Shown here: positions 45,981-64,000 of the stretch, one piece after another | Layout: each line of letters starts with the position of its first letter | How positions within the stretch are numbered: position 1 is the stretch's first letter | Origin: a virus | Lineage: Duplodnaviria > Caudoviricetes | Strand: one strand, 5' to 3' | IMG/VR virus record: IMGVR_UViG_3300033463_006083 | Location: 32,001 to 96,000 of that record | Length of the DNA: 64,000 nt | Position numbers and translations under genes: made by a program | The notes under the pieces: generated by a model | The model's database searches: none | Seen by the model: only the letters and a program-made list of their open reading frames with translations | What the model was told of the DNA's origin: nothing

Positions 45981-48857
45981 CTAAGCATCTTGTCCATTAT
46001 TTGTTATATATAAAGTATTTGTATTATCATCAAGTCTAACTTTTAATACCCCAGCAACAGTAGAACTTGCATTTTCAACTGTTACATTAGATACTGCTGT
46101 TTGTACAAAAGCTGTTGTAGCTATTTTTGTAGAGTTATCAGTAGATGTTTGAGTTGTTGCAGTAACACTACTTGGAATAGCTCCACTTAATTGTGTTGCA
46201 TCAAGAGTAGAGCTTGATGTTAATGGAGTAATTGTATTACTTCCAAGAGTAATTGTTCCATTTTCTATTTTTGCATCAGTAATACCATAACCACTCAATG
46301 TAGTCGGATTTGTTCCAGCTGTGACATGTCCTTTTGCATCTACCGTTACACTATTATATGTTCCTGCAGTTACACCTGAAGTATCATGTTTTAAAGTTAA
46401 TACACCACTACTTCAAGTACCTGTAATACCATCACTACCTACAACTTTTGTATAGTTTTCACGAACTGTAACTGTCCAACCTGCAGTTTTATCTAGTTTA
46501 TATACATATGTTTGATCACCTTGTTGATTATTACTGTGTGAACTTACGCTTCTATAATATTGAAATTCTACATTTGTTGGATTTGTTTCATCATTAACAT
46601 ATGCCATAAATGCTAATCTTGTTTGGCTTCCAGTTGCTGGGTTACTATTACTACTTGCTCTAGTATAAACAACATGTTTTGCAGTATAAGCTGTAAGAAA
46701 ATCGTTTCAAGTAGAACTTCCATATTTTAAAATTGTCATACCTGACATAAAATTAGCATCATTTGTTAATTCACTTGTTTTAGTAGGTACTGTAACACTA
46801 TTACTACCTAAAGTAATTGTTTGACTTGAAATACTTGCATCTGTAATTCCATAACCTGCCAATGTTGTTGGATTTGTTCCAGCTGTAACATGACCTGTAT
46901 CATTAACAGTTACACTTGTATAAGTACCCGCAGTTACACCAGAAGTCGCATGTGAAATTGTGCGGCTGCCGCTTGTAGTAATTGCAGCACTACTATCTAT
47001 TGCAATAGGACCTGTAGCATTTAATGTAACACTTGTTACTGTACCTGAAGGCTCATCACCTGAAGGAATTAATTCCCAAGTATTTGCATTAGAAGTTTTT
47101 GTTAAACATATAAATGTATCCCCAACTTTTGCAGTCTTAGATGCATATGTGCCATCAGTAATTACTTTATAAGTATCTCCAATATTTGCACTACCATCAA
47201 CAGGTAAGGCAGTAATTGTACCTCCAGTACCTAAACTACCTTTAAATACCATTGGTTCTGGTAGATTATCAATAGCAGTATCAACATATGCAGTTGTAGC
47301 TATCTTTGTAGAATTATCTCCTTGGGTTTGTGTAGTTGCGGTAACCGCACTTGGAATAGCTCCTGTTAAAATACTTGCAGGTACAGATGTAATATTTGCT
47401 ACTCCAGAAGTAGCTATCGATGTTCCATTTACTGAAACACCTGTAATAGCATCTCCTTCTTTTAATAATTTTTTACTACCACTATCTTTATTAGTTCCAC
47501 TAGTAGAACCTACATATACATCTCCAGCATATCAAGCATTTCCACTCCAATCTACAGTAGCAGCATTTGATCTTGCATTGTCAGCAGTACCATTTCCAAT
47601 AATATCTAAATATGTTTCATTAGATTCAGAAATGTTATATCTACCTTGAACATGTTGATAATCACTTGCTGCAATAGTGTATTCTCCTTCAGCATGAGAT
47701 TTTTGCCCTGATGCAACAGTTCCACTACCTTCAGCATGAGCTGCATAGTCAGAAGCTGTAGTATAATAACCTTCTGCATGACCATATTTTCCTGATGCTG
47801 TACTAGAACGACCCTCAGCATGAGCATATTCATTTGATGCAGTAGTTGAACGACCTTCCGCATGAGAATAAGCACCAGATGCTTCAGTATTATATCCTTC
47901 TGTATGAGAAGCTTGTCCTTGTGCAATTGTACTATAACCCTCTGCATGAGCAGCCCATCCTTTGGCTATTGTATTATATCCTTCAGCATGGCTGCCAAAA
48001 TTAGCAGCAAGAGTGTCATTTCCTTCCGCATGAGCACCTCTTGCAGAAGCTACATTTCCTCTTTTGAAAAAATAAATTGTATTTCCAACAGAAAAGACAC
48101 TCATATCAGTATCTGATGATAAAGTAATTTCATCATCTTCTTGATTTATAGTAGTAACAAGACGATTATATCCATAATCTGCAGTACTAGTTAAACTTAC
48201 ATAGCATCCAATTAATGTAAGATCTGGTTCTGTAGTAAGACCTAAAACATTAGAATTCTTTGAAGAAATAATTGCCGAACCAAAAGAAGTGTTAGTATCT
48301 CCATATCCTTCAGCATGAGCTCCTTCTCCACACAAAGCAATTGAATAGCTACCCTCAGCATGTGTAGCATAATCTAAAGCTTTTGTAGAATTTCCTTCTG
48401 CATGAGAATGACTTCCATCTGCTCGTGTACTTGCTCCTTCAGCATGTCCATTTGCTCCATTAGCCTGAGAATAATATCCCTCTGCATGAGATCTTGCCCC
48501 AATAGCTTTAGCACCATATCCTTCTGCATGAGTTGCTGTATTTCCTGCTGTAGTTTGAATTCCTTCCGCATGAGCACCATATCCTTCTGCTTTTGAATCT
48601 TGTCCTTCAACAAAAGCATAATCTCCAATAGTGTAATTATCATTTTCTACAAGAGTACCTATTCCTCTTAAACTTCCTGTAGCTGAGCCATTAACTAAAT
48701 TATCATTAATTTCAGTTCCAGCAATTTCAATTCTATTTGAAGAATCTTTATCCAAATAAATCTTTTTAGTATCAGTAGTTACAATAAATTGTCCTTCTGT
48801 AACAGGGAGGCTACTCAATTGATTATCTTCAACTTTATACGGTTTAAAAATTGCCAT
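45981..48857 (-). CDS. Tail fibre/adhesin with YadA-head-like repeats, 958 aa (code 4)
   Basis: Four fragments in one frame. About 18 HAEG repeats, GVTAGTY.SVTV...GHVTAGTNPTTL.GYGITDA fibre repeats, and an N-terminal EGQFIVTTDTKKIYLD attachment-like motif. Confidence 0.85.
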
Positions 48858-48893
48858 AAAAATTCCTCCTTTTATTTCTTAATATTTTTCATT

Positions 48894-50273
48894 TTATATT
48901 GAACTACTAATTGTTTGCCATTCTAATAAATTTTCTGCATAATTTTTAGCACCATTAATTGTATCAGCGCTACCAGCATCTGAAGAGCTACCAATTAATG
49001 TAGTTTGAACATTACTTGCACTACCAGCAGCATCATAATCTGTTGTTGCAGTATATGCGGCAGTACCTAATCCATAAACACTAACTGCATCTCCTTTTAC
49101 TTTAATAGTACCATTTGTTGTCCCCGTTGTGATATCTGCTTTTTGTAAAGCACTATCTGCGGCAGTACCTTGTGCAGCAGTTGCATAATCAGTACTTGCT
49201 GTATATGCAGCGCTACCTAAACCATAAACGCTAACTGCAGTACCATCAACTTTAATTGTACCATTTCCGCTTGTAGAATCTCCAGTTGTTACACTTTGAA
49301 CTGCACTGTCCGCTTTTGCTCCTTGAGCCGCAGTAGCATAAGCATCTGTATTTGTATATGCTGCAGAACCTAAACCTTTTACACTAACTGCAGTATAATT
49401 AGTTCCGTCTACAGTATATTTAATTTCACCATTATTAGCACCTTGAGCAATACTTTGAACAGCAGTTCCTGCCTTAGCTAATTCTGCAGTAACCGCATCC
49501 GCTAATTTAGCACTTGTTACAGCTTTTGCATCTAATTTATCAGTTGTAACGGCTCCATTCGCCAATTCAGTTGTTCCAATACTACCAGCTACAATAGTTG
49601 CACTAATTACATTATTACTATCGATAGCTAATTGTACTTGTGTTGCATTTTGTTGTGCAGTATATACATCAACTAAATCTTTAGCTGCAATATATAATCT
49701 ATCACTTGTCGCATTTGCGATAATTAACTTAATATATTTTCCTGCATCTGAAGCACTTGCAGTTCCACTTCCTTTAATAAGAGATGTAACATCAATAAGT
49801 CCATCATATAATTTACCGGTTGTGCTATCATAAGTAATATCAACTACAGTACCGCTTGATACTACCATATCTTTAGGAATATCAATATTAGCACTTAAAC
49901 CAGTTGCAGTTTGAGCAATTGCATATCTTTTTGAATAAGGGTCTGTTGTTTGACCTGAAGTTTCTGTAACAGTAACGGTGTAATCAGTTGCCGCAGGAAC
50001 ACTTACATAAAGACCTTCTTCACCTGAACCTGTTTGTAAACTAATATTATTTCCTGTTTTTGCAGAAATTTGAACATTAATTTTATTATTATCAGTTACT
50101 ACAATGGAATCATCTTTTGCAATTACTTGAGTTAAATAACCAGGAACATCTGTATTAGATAATTCAATAGTACCTAAATAAAATTTGCTACTATCTGTTA
50201 AATAATAAAAACAATCAGTGTCTTTGCTTAAAGTTGCATATTGAGCGGCTGTACACTTATAAAATTTAATCAT
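48894..50273 (-). CDS. Ala/Thr-rich tail fibre protein
   Basis: ORF track. Contains VxGLGSAAYT...YATAAQG..ADSA repeats. Confidence 0.8.
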   Translation of the reverse strand: MIKFYKCTAAQYATLSKDTDCFYYLTDSSKFYLGTIELSNTDVPGYLTQVIAKDDSIVVTDNNKINVQISAKTGNNISLQTGSGEEGLYVSVPAATDYTVTVTETSGQTTDPYSKRYAIAQTATGLSANIDIPKDMVVSSGTVVDITYDSTTGKLYDGLIDVTSLIKGSGTASASDAGKYIKLIIANATSDRLYIAAKDLVDVYTAQQNATQVQLAIDSNNVISATIVAGSIGTTELANGAVTTDKLDAKAVTSAKLADAVTAELAKAGTAVQSIAQGANNGEIKYTVDGTNYTAVSVKGLGSAAYTNTDAYATAAQGAKADSAVQSVTTGDSTSGNGTIKVDGTAVSVYGLGSAAYTASTDYATAAQGTAADSALQKADITTGTTNGTIKVKGDAVSVYGLGTAAYTATTDYDAAGSASNVQTTLIGSSSDAGSADTINGAKNYAENLLEWQTISSSI

Positions 50274-50304
50274 AATTTTATCCTTCCTCTCTTTTTAACA
50301 TTTT

Positions 50305-50736
50305 TTATAAATCTTCCCAAATAGCTCCACCAACTATTGTATCATATTGATTGGTTGCGCCATTTCAACGATATAAAGTAGTTTCTTGAACGTAAAGAGT
50401 ATCACTCTCTCCTTCAACAGGCAAACCACTATCTGAGAAAATTAAATTGGATTTTTGTCCTGTCATTTGAGTCCATAATCCATTATAATAACTCCATAGA
50501 GCGTTTTCTTGTCTTACGTAATAGAAACCTTCTATAGGAAAAGGAAGATTCTTTCTGGTATTTTCATCTGGCACCGTCATAATCGCGGCATAAGTTGTTC
50601 TTTTTTTATTTGTATCTAAATAAATATTTCTATCATCTGTTGTAAAAATTAATTGCCCATCTCTAATTTTTATATCATTAAGTTTTTTAGATGTTGTGGC
50701 AATAAATTTCATTATTACTTTATTTGGTATAGCCAT
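50305..50736 (-). CDS. Small tail-fibre adaptor protein, 143 aa (code 4)
   Basis: DGQLIFTTD..NIYLD and LPVEGESDTLYV...LYR[W]NG motifs. Ends in TAA. Confidence 0.72.
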
Positions 50737-50757
50737 AATAACATCCTCCTTCTAAAC

Positions 50758-50844
50758 ATATTCGAAAAATAGGACAATTTACTTGTTAGCTTTTGACCAT
50801 AATAAAAAGCAAATAAAAAAAGCTAGTTATTAAATAACTAGCTT
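50758..50844 (-). promoter_or_regulatory. Terminator followed by phage-specific promoter motif
   Basis: aagctagttat/ataactagctt stem + T-run, then GGTCAAAA-N26-CGAATAT. Confidence 0.65.
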
Positions 50845-50848
50845 AATT

Positions 50849-51703
50849 TTATAAATATTTTGTTCAATTATTTGGCAAATAAACTGTTTTACCATCATAT
50901 AAAACTTTATCCCAAGTATATCCATCTGATTTACCTACTGCTTTACCAAGTAGTTCACATTTAGTTCCCTTTGGAATAACTTTATATTTAGGATTTTTAA
51001 ATCCATATCCATTTAATCTACACCATACTCCTGTAGTTAATTGAATATATTTTTTAGTTTTTCCGCTTATAATTTCATTAACTCTATTTTGAACTTCACG
51101 ATAATTATATCCTGCGGCTTCTAATCTTTTCTTTCTGTCTTCACCATTTCCCCATTTACCAGCAATAACTTCTTGAGCTATCTCATCAATGGTTTTTTTA
51201 CTAGGATCTTGATCACTATAATCAATATATTTTAATTTTCCATGATAAGTCCAACGTAAATTTTTAACGCCTTTATAATATCTATAACCATTTTTATCAA
51301 TATCACTAATTATAGCTTTTCCAGTTCCCCATCCAGTTGTATCTTCAAATACTTTACCGTTACCTAAATAAATTCCTGTATGATTATATTTAGTTCCTCT
51401 CATACATAAATATTCTCCAGGTACTAAATTACTAAAGTTGGTGCTTACATTGGTGCATGTTTCATAAACGGAATTACAAGTAAAATCAGGTACACCATTT
51501 GACTTATAAACAGTTCCACCTCTAAATAAATTTTTATCAGCTTTAAAACCCCATAAAATAGATTTTACAGATACAACACAATCAAATTGCCATTTACCAT
51601 TTTTTAATGTTGATCATCCAGACCCACTATGGTATACATTTGGAACATCATTAACAAGCCATTTTAATTTGTCAATAAATTGTTTACTTTTAAATACTGC
51701 CAT
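50849..51703 (-). CDS. Endolysin: NlpC/P60-like peptidase + CW_7 (Cpl-7) + SH3-like domain, 284 aa (code 4)
   Basis: FDCVVSVK (catalytic Cys), HTGIYLGNG, and IAQEVIAGKWGNGEDRKKRLEAAGYNYREVQNRVN. TGA at codon 30 (51614-51616) and near the C-terminus. Confidence 0.88.
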
Positions 51704-51723
51704 AAAACATCTTCCTCCTTATT

Positions 51724-51814
51724 TATATTTGAAAAATTGCATATTTTACTTGTTACTATTTGTCCTTGCTTAAAAATTTATACAAAATAAAAAAGACTAG
51801 TTATAAACTAGTCT
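51724..51814 (-). promoter_or_regulatory. Terminator followed by phage-specific promoter motif
   Basis: agactagtt/aactagtct stem + T-run, then GGACAAAT-N26-CAAATATA. Confidence 0.65.
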
Positions 51815-52631
51815 ATTTATTCATTACTTTAATAGCATCAATAGTTTCACCTATATTACCAGCATAACCATTTTTACTATCTTTAGTGTTATATCCAGTT
51901 ACATATCCTAACCAACGATTAGAATTTTTCAAATGAACTTGATATTTATATTTGTCTGTTTTTATAGCAACAGCATCAACATCGTTAGGTAAATTACCCG
52001 CATAATCGCTAAATGATTTTACTGCAGGCAACCATTTTTTCTTAACTTTATCATGTACTTTATATTCAGTTACATCTTCAATGCGGAAACCGCTTATTCC
52101 ATGACCTAAATTTCCTGCATAATCATTTGCATTAATTTTTACTTTAGGTAACCATCTGTTCGCATTATTATCATATGTTTGATAATATTTTACATTTGCG
52201 CCAGGTAAATCCGCATCTAAATATGGTTGAGGATTGATTCTTGTATCATTTGAAGTTCTTACTTCAAAATGTAAATGAGCTCCAAATGAATATCCTGTAT
52301 TTCCCATATAACCAATTTGTTGTCCCTTAGATACATATTGTCCTTTTTTTACATATACTTTTTCCATATGTGCATAAAGAGTATAATATCCATTAGGATG
52401 TTTAATTTTTACGCAGTTACCATAACTTGCATTTCCAGTTGCTTTTGGATTGTTTTTATATCCTGTTTGACAAAAAACTACAGTTCCTTCAGTATGAGCT
52501 TTAATTGGGCAAGTTGCACAAGCCCATTTAACTAAATCAATACCTCTATGACTTGTAGCTGAATAATATTGTGTAATACGATAATCTGTACAATCTAAAA
52601 CTCTACATCCTGTTAGTTTAGTTACTGCCAT
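51813..52631 (-). CDS. Endolysin, M23 peptidase with C-terminal Trp-containing wall-binding repeats
   Basis: HRGID, YGN, YAHM, GNTG.S.GAHLHFE and INP motifs. Three WLxxV...YAG repeats. Confidence 0.92.
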   Translation of the reverse strand: MAVTKLTGCRVLDCTDYRITQYYSATSHRGIDLVKWACATCPIKAHTEGTVVFCQTGYKNNPKATGNASYGNCVKIKHPNGYYTLYAHMEKVYVKKGQYVSKGQQIGYMGNTGYSFGAHLHFEVRTSNDTRINPQPYLDADLPGANVKYYQTYDNNANRWLPKVKINANDYAGNLGHGISGFRIEDVTEYKVHDKVKKKWLPAVKSFSDYAGNLPNDVDAVAIKTDKYKYQVHLKNSNRWLGYVTGYNTKDSKNGYAGNIGETIDAIKVMNK

Positions 52632-52953
52632 CTTCTACTGGTTCCTCAGCAGTTTGTTCTTCTGCCTCAGCTGGCTCAGTATCTTCTGTTTCATTAAATT
52701 CTGTAATGAATTCTTCAGGATTTTGAAGCTCGTGTCCAATATCTCCTAAATCTTCTTCTTTTTCTCTTAAATCAAATAATTTTCCACCAACTAAATATAA
52801 ACTGATAACACCAGCTACTACGATAACACTAGCAGTGATTTTATCAATACTCCAACCCCAAATTTGGGCTAATCCTAGTAATAATGCGTTAATCATATTT
52901 AAAGCATTAACAGCATATTTACTAAATTTCTTGATTTTTTCCATCTTTGTCAT
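52618..52953 (-). CDS. Holin candidate
   Basis: Two TM helices and an acidic tail. Overlaps the endolysin start. Confidence 0.65.
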   Translation of the reverse strand: MTKMEKIKKFSKYAVNALNMINALLLGLAQIWGWSIDKITASVIVVAGVISLYLVGGKLFDLREKEEDLGDIGHELQNPEEFITEFNETEDTEPAEAEEQTAEEPVEDGSN

Positions 52954-52958
52954 TAGAT

Positions 52959-53183
52959 TTATTCCTCCTCTTCTTTTCTATCTTCCTCAACTTCTTGTTC
53001 TTCTGAACCAGTTTCTGAAGTTCCAATAGAGGCTGCCGCCATTTTGTATTGATCGATTTGTTGATTATAATTTTGAGTAACTTCATTTAACAAATCTTTC
53101 ATTACATAATAAACTTCTTCAACTGTTAACTGCGAACCATTAATAAGACGAACAAGTTGTTGTTTGAAGCTGTATAATTTCAT
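52959..53183 (-). CDS. Hypothetical protein
   Basis: ORF track with RBS. Confidence 0.7.
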   Translation of the reverse strand: MKLYSFKQQLVRLINGSQLTVEEVYYVMKDLLNEVTQNYNQQIDQYKMAAASIGTSETGSEEQEVEEDRKEEEE

Positions 53184-53205
53184 ATCCTTTTATCTCCTTT
53201 CTATA

Positions 53206-53496
53206 TTAAACATCTATTGCACCAGAATATTTTTCTAGTGTTTTTAGATATTCATAAGCATCATCAACAGTAAGTGTATCATCATAATCAATTTCTTCCT
53301 CAGATTCTGCAATATACACAGTGTCTGTTTGAATACTATATTTAGGTTTATTTTTATCTCTTTCTCTTTCCTCTTCATTAACATAAGAATAAACTCTAAT
53401 TATCGTTTGTTTATTTACAACATTTTCTATATCATATATTCTATGATATTCAGTAGGAATACCATTTGATTGAATAATTAATTTTTTTAAAGCCAT
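53206..53496 (-). CDS. Hypothetical protein, possible tail-fibre chaperone
   Basis: Follows the tail-spike gene. YHRI...AYEYLKTLEKY.GA.DV pattern. Confidence 0.65.
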   Translation of the reverse strand: MALKKLIIQSNGIPTEYHRIYDIENVVNKQTIIRVYSYVNEEERERDKNKPKYSIQTDTVYIAESEEEIDYDDTLTVDDAYEYLKTLEKYSGAIDV

Positions 53497-53498
53497 AT

Positions 53499-56400
53499 TT
53501 ATTCTCCTTTTATCTCATCTATTTCAGCTTGCATTTCTTGAAGTGCTTTTCAAGTCATCATAACTGCAGAATATAAATCAACTGCATCTCGATCATGAGT
53601 TAATGCTTTTTCTGCATAGTGATAATTTCCACCTTCATCAGGAATAATCATTCCTACATGTTTCTTATCTCCATCATCTTCAAATTTCCAATTAAAATTA
53701 ACAATATCCGTATTTAAAATTTGATTTAAACAACCATCATCTGCAACAATATTTTTCTTTTTAGATTCAAGAGAACCGTTGTTATATGAAGCAGCTCATA
53801 CTCCCGTAGCCTTCATATATGCAGAATTGCTACCTTTTCAAATTCCTATATATGAACTATCATCTGATGATGTAAATTTAATAGATTTATTATTTGCAGT
53901 TACAGTATCTATTTCAAGTTTAATTGTTCCTGCACTATTTGAAACTTTAACATTTCCTGGGATAATCTTAGTATAATTAAAACTACCCGAAGATCCCGCA
54001 CCTCTTGCTATAATAGAATCTTTACCAACACAATTTCTCGCATTCGTAAAAGTAGTATCATCTGTAAAATCAAAATCTCCAACAATAAAACCATTTTTAC
54101 ACTCTTCATTACTACCTTCAAGTACAATTGAACCTTTATTAAATTGACCTCCAGCAATCTGAATACCTTCTGTTTTTACATTACCTGTATTACTAACTTC
54201 AAATTTACCGAATTTTACAGAACCATCATTATTTAAATAAAAGTCATTTTTATCATCATATTTAATTGCTCCATCATTAATATATCATTTTCCAATTTGA
54301 CCAGACGTAGCTTCAATATTACCTTTAATAGAAACATTTCTTGCAACTAACTCTCCAGCTTCAGATACTTTAAAAGCGCTACCTTGCGCATTTTCACCTG
54401 CAGCTCCAAGAGCAATTCCATTAGTTCCAATATAGAATCCTGATACATTTGCATCAATATTTACTTTGTCTCCAGAATAAATATAACTATACTCTACATA
54501 AGGATTTTCACCAATTTTAATTTTATTTCTTCCGCTACCAAAAGAACCCGCAGTAGCTTTAACTTCACCAGTTAAGTCCACCTCTGTTGCGGTTAATTTA
54601 CCATCTTTATCAATAACAAACTTTCTATTTCCAAATCTAATTTCAGGAGTCGCTAAATCTATCAATAGACCGCTACCATCTAAAACAGAATCTACGTAAC
54701 TACCACCATAAATTAATGCTTTTGAATCTCCTAAATTAATTCCTGGACCTGGGTCAAGAATAATTTGACCAGTACCCGCGCGTCCAAAGATAGCCTTTCC
54801 AGTATCAGAATCTAAAAATAAAGTTCTCTCTCCATGATGATATCCTAATAAACCAGATTCAATATCATCACTATCTTTTTCTCTAACAGAACCCATTAAC
54901 AATCCTGTAAAACTATTATCCGCTTCCTTATGTCCAGCTCCTATTTGGGGAGTTAAAATAATACCTCCATCTTCATTTAAAGAAATAGAATTTCCATCTC
55001 ATCCATTTAATGCAGAATGTCTGTATCTATCTAAATAAAGATATAAAGGAATATGTATTCTTCCAATTTCTATATTATCAATATCTAAAATTTTGACTTC
55101 TAATGCATTTGTAACATTTTGTCCGTCATAAATATCATTTGGTTTTAAAAATTTTTCATTTTTATTTAAAGAATTATCATTTTCAATAATAAAATTATAG
55201 TCATTAGCAAATATACCTATTGCATAGTTAAAAATTCTACCATGTCTATATCATTCATAATTTACAGCATATTCATTATTAATTATTGAAATATCTTCAA
55301 GCAATCCATTAATTTTTTTAGTAACTCTAATTGTAAATGGAGTTGAATTACTGTAAGCAGGAAAACGTCCATCATCACTATATTTTACAAATCTAAAACC
55401 AGTATTTTTCTTTAATTCAATAGCATAATCATTTTCTAAAGATACTAATTTAACAGTAATTACTGGTAACATAGCATAATGTACAACATTATTATATAAA
55501 ATTTCTGCTTTTACAATATTCGCGGCATTCTCTTTATATCCCAAGTCTCTAAAATGATAACCGTTTTCATCATAAACAACTTTTATAGAAGACTCATCTT
55601 CTTTTATATCATTATAGGTATTTCTCAATATTGACCAATCTATATGAATATCTTCTGTAGAGTCAGAGCCACTAAAAAATAACTCTCCGTCTTTTCAAAG
55701 TTCTACCTTAAATCATTTATCAGTATTGTAATAATTATAATTTTCACTGCGTTCATAATTTAAACAGCCAAAATTAAAACTACCATTAACAATCATTGGA
55801 TAGCAATTATTTTCATAATTTTCATCATCTGGTGAATTAGGTACAATTTTACAAACAATATCAGTTCCATTTGTACCAGGTTCTCCATCTTTTGTGAAAG
55901 TAAAAGTTGTTTTTTTCTTTAAAAACAAACCTTTGTATATAACATTTAATTCAATGTTATTGTTATATAATTTATTCTCATCATAATTATCTGCTAACTC
56001 ATAATTAAGAGTCATCTCATTACTATCTTTTGCAATAATTAAAGTATTATCTTTAGGAATAATTCATTGAACACGACAAGTATTTAAAGCATCTCCAGAT
56101 ACAATTTTTCCATTGTTATCATATAACATTACCTTAAGAGGCTCTAATATAATAGGATTATTTAAAGATTGATTAGTTGGAGCAATACCATTTACTGTAT
56201 AATGAAAAGTTTGAGTACCATTTAAAATATCAATATAATATTCTCCCTCAGTTTCTTTTTTATTGTATACAATATAGCTTGCTGTTCCCAATAAAATATT
56301 GTTATTTTTAATAACCGCACATTTAAAAATTGCCTGATCAATAACCTTTGTTAAATCTAAGTCATATAAAGTATTAGCTTCTACTCTTTGATTATGTTTT

Positions 56401-57914
56401 TCTATAATCGTTAATAAACTATCTAATTCTTCTTGGCTTGCGGCTGCCAAAGCCAATCCTGTTTCAACTCTAGATAATAACTCATCATATTTAGCTTTAG
56501 CTGTATTATAAATTTCGTTTTCTTCTATCGTTTCTTCTAATTGATGATATATATTATCACTATCAATATATCCTCAATTATATGTATAGGTGTCTTCATT
56601 ATTAGAAATAATTTCTTCATTATTAATTAAACATTTTAATATTGGATGTCCATGATCAAAATAAAAAGTATCTCCTTCACTACATTCAATACTTAAATTA
56701 TATATTGCAGCATAATTAGGAATCATAACTGATTGTGCGGCAATCACTTTATTCTTTTTAACCGCAACACATTTAATAATAGTCTCTTGAGATAATAAAT
56801 CTGCTTTAGTAATTATCATTAAATTATTACTAATATAATATTTTTTATCATCTGTAATATTATAATCATTTAAACATTCCCATCCAGGACCGCCTTCTAA
56901 ACAATATTCAGGCGATGTATTTGTAATAGATACATTTTCTTTAAATCAATAGGTTTGTATATTGTCATCTGTTACATATTGATTTTTATATAAAATTTTT
57001 GCATTTAATTTCATTTTTGTAGTATCTGCATCATATCCATCAAAATATTTTTTTCCATCAATTTGAATTTGTAAATCATATAAATCTTGAATATTAGTAT
57101 CTGTTTCATTTAATAAACTAAATTCAAAATTTCTTGCAAATATATCATTTTCTTTTGCCACTTCTTGAAAAGGAAAATCTTTTGAAAATAAATATATTTT
57201 TTTAATACCTACGAAATTATCAACATTAATTTTAAAAATTTTATATTGACGAACAAAAGAAGAAAGACTATAAGGATCTCCCTTCATTTGATTAATATCT
57301 AAAACAAAAGAATTAGTAATTATTTCTTGTGTTGAGTCATTTAAAAAATCTATATCAAAAATAAGACCATAATTACCATTTTTGTGTTGTAATAAATCTA
57401 AATCAGTTTTAAATTCAGCACCACATAAAATATTATTTTTATCTGTTATATTCTTCTCAATAAAATCTATATCTATATTAATATTATTTTCATTAGTATC
57501 TCTATCATAAAGAACGCATTCATCATATTCTTTGTATGAACAAAGTCCGAATTCTTGAGATGCAGAAATACAATTACCACTTGTATTTAAATACTTATCC
57601 TCTTCTTCAACAATATTAGTATACTCTATTTGATTTTTATCTGCGGCACTTATAATCATTTTATCTAAATTAAAATCTCCATTAGGAACTAAAATATTTA
57701 CCAAAGTTCCAGATGGATAATAAATTTCTGTATTATTTGAAAAAGCTTCAAATTCACTATCTTGATATTTAACAATATATTTTCCCAATAAACTGTTTAC
57801 CGAATCAACAATAGTGGCTTGAATAGTTCTATCATATCCAGCCTTATTAATTGCATTTGTAGTAATTGTTTCAATAGCATCTAATATTCTATTTTCATAA
57901 TCTGTACTATTCAT
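53499..57914 (-). CDS. Large tail tip/spike protein with C-terminal peptidase S74-like intramolecular chaperone, 1471 aa (code 4)
   Basis: Six fragments in one frame. Contains G.IG.[W] beta-helix repeats and C-terminal SLESKKKNI...FNWK...HVGMI...VDLYS...KALQE. Confidence 0.82.
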
Positions 57915-57954
57915 TTTAAGGCCACACTCCTTTTTTCTCTAATTTCCTTTAAAA

Positions 57955-58018
57955 TATATTAAGATTTATTAAATATTATTAATTATCTTAGACCAAATAA
58001 AAAAGAAGATAGCTTTCA

Positions 58019-58028
<10 letters not shown>
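57955..58028 (-). promoter_or_regulatory. Terminator followed by phage-specific promoter motif
   Basis: aagaagatag/ctatcttctt stem + T-run, then GGTCTAAG-N26-AATATA. Confidence 0.7.

Positions 58029-64000
<5,972 letters not shown>

Noticed and set aside
19725-50736. Diversity-generating retroelement acting on the fibres or LRRs
   Set aside because: No reverse transcriptase is present and no repeat pair differing only at adenines was seen. A DGR outside the window cannot be excluded.

Overview
This is a 64 kb AT-rich segment of a large tailed phage whose host has a peptidoglycan wall, probably a gut Bacillota member. The supplied ORF track uses the wrong genetic code. TGA is read as Trp (code 4), and under that code the fragments join into long intact genes that end in TAA or TAG. 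Positions 1-14240 (+) hold a replication, nucleotide-metabolism and glycosylation arm: dnaE C-terminus, nrdD/nrdG, a methyltransferase, a phosphoesterase, tdk, thyX, def, dut, a UDP-sugar dehydratase, two glycosyltransferases and a RuvC-like resolvase. Positions 14353-64000 (-) hold a tail and lysis arm: tape measure protein, tail tip proteins, two endolysins, holin candidates and several YadA-head-repeat fibres. This arm also has an approximately 13.6 kb locus of four large BspA/DUF285-type leucine-rich-repeat genes, an adaptor gene with a repeated small domain, and an inserted GT2 gene. TGA use is graded: it is absent from core early genes, occurs once in several middle genes, and is dominant in the glycosyltransferase, LRR and tail genes. 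Non-coding signals include a recurring terminator plus phage-promoter unit, a candidate TGA-containing leader-peptide attenuator, and apparent over-representation of GCGG/CCGC. No tRNA, release factor, integrase, reverse transcriptase or CRISPR array was seen. Joined CDSs were checked for frame continuity by hand, but not every codon of the longest genes was read. Domain names come from motif recognition and not from database searches.
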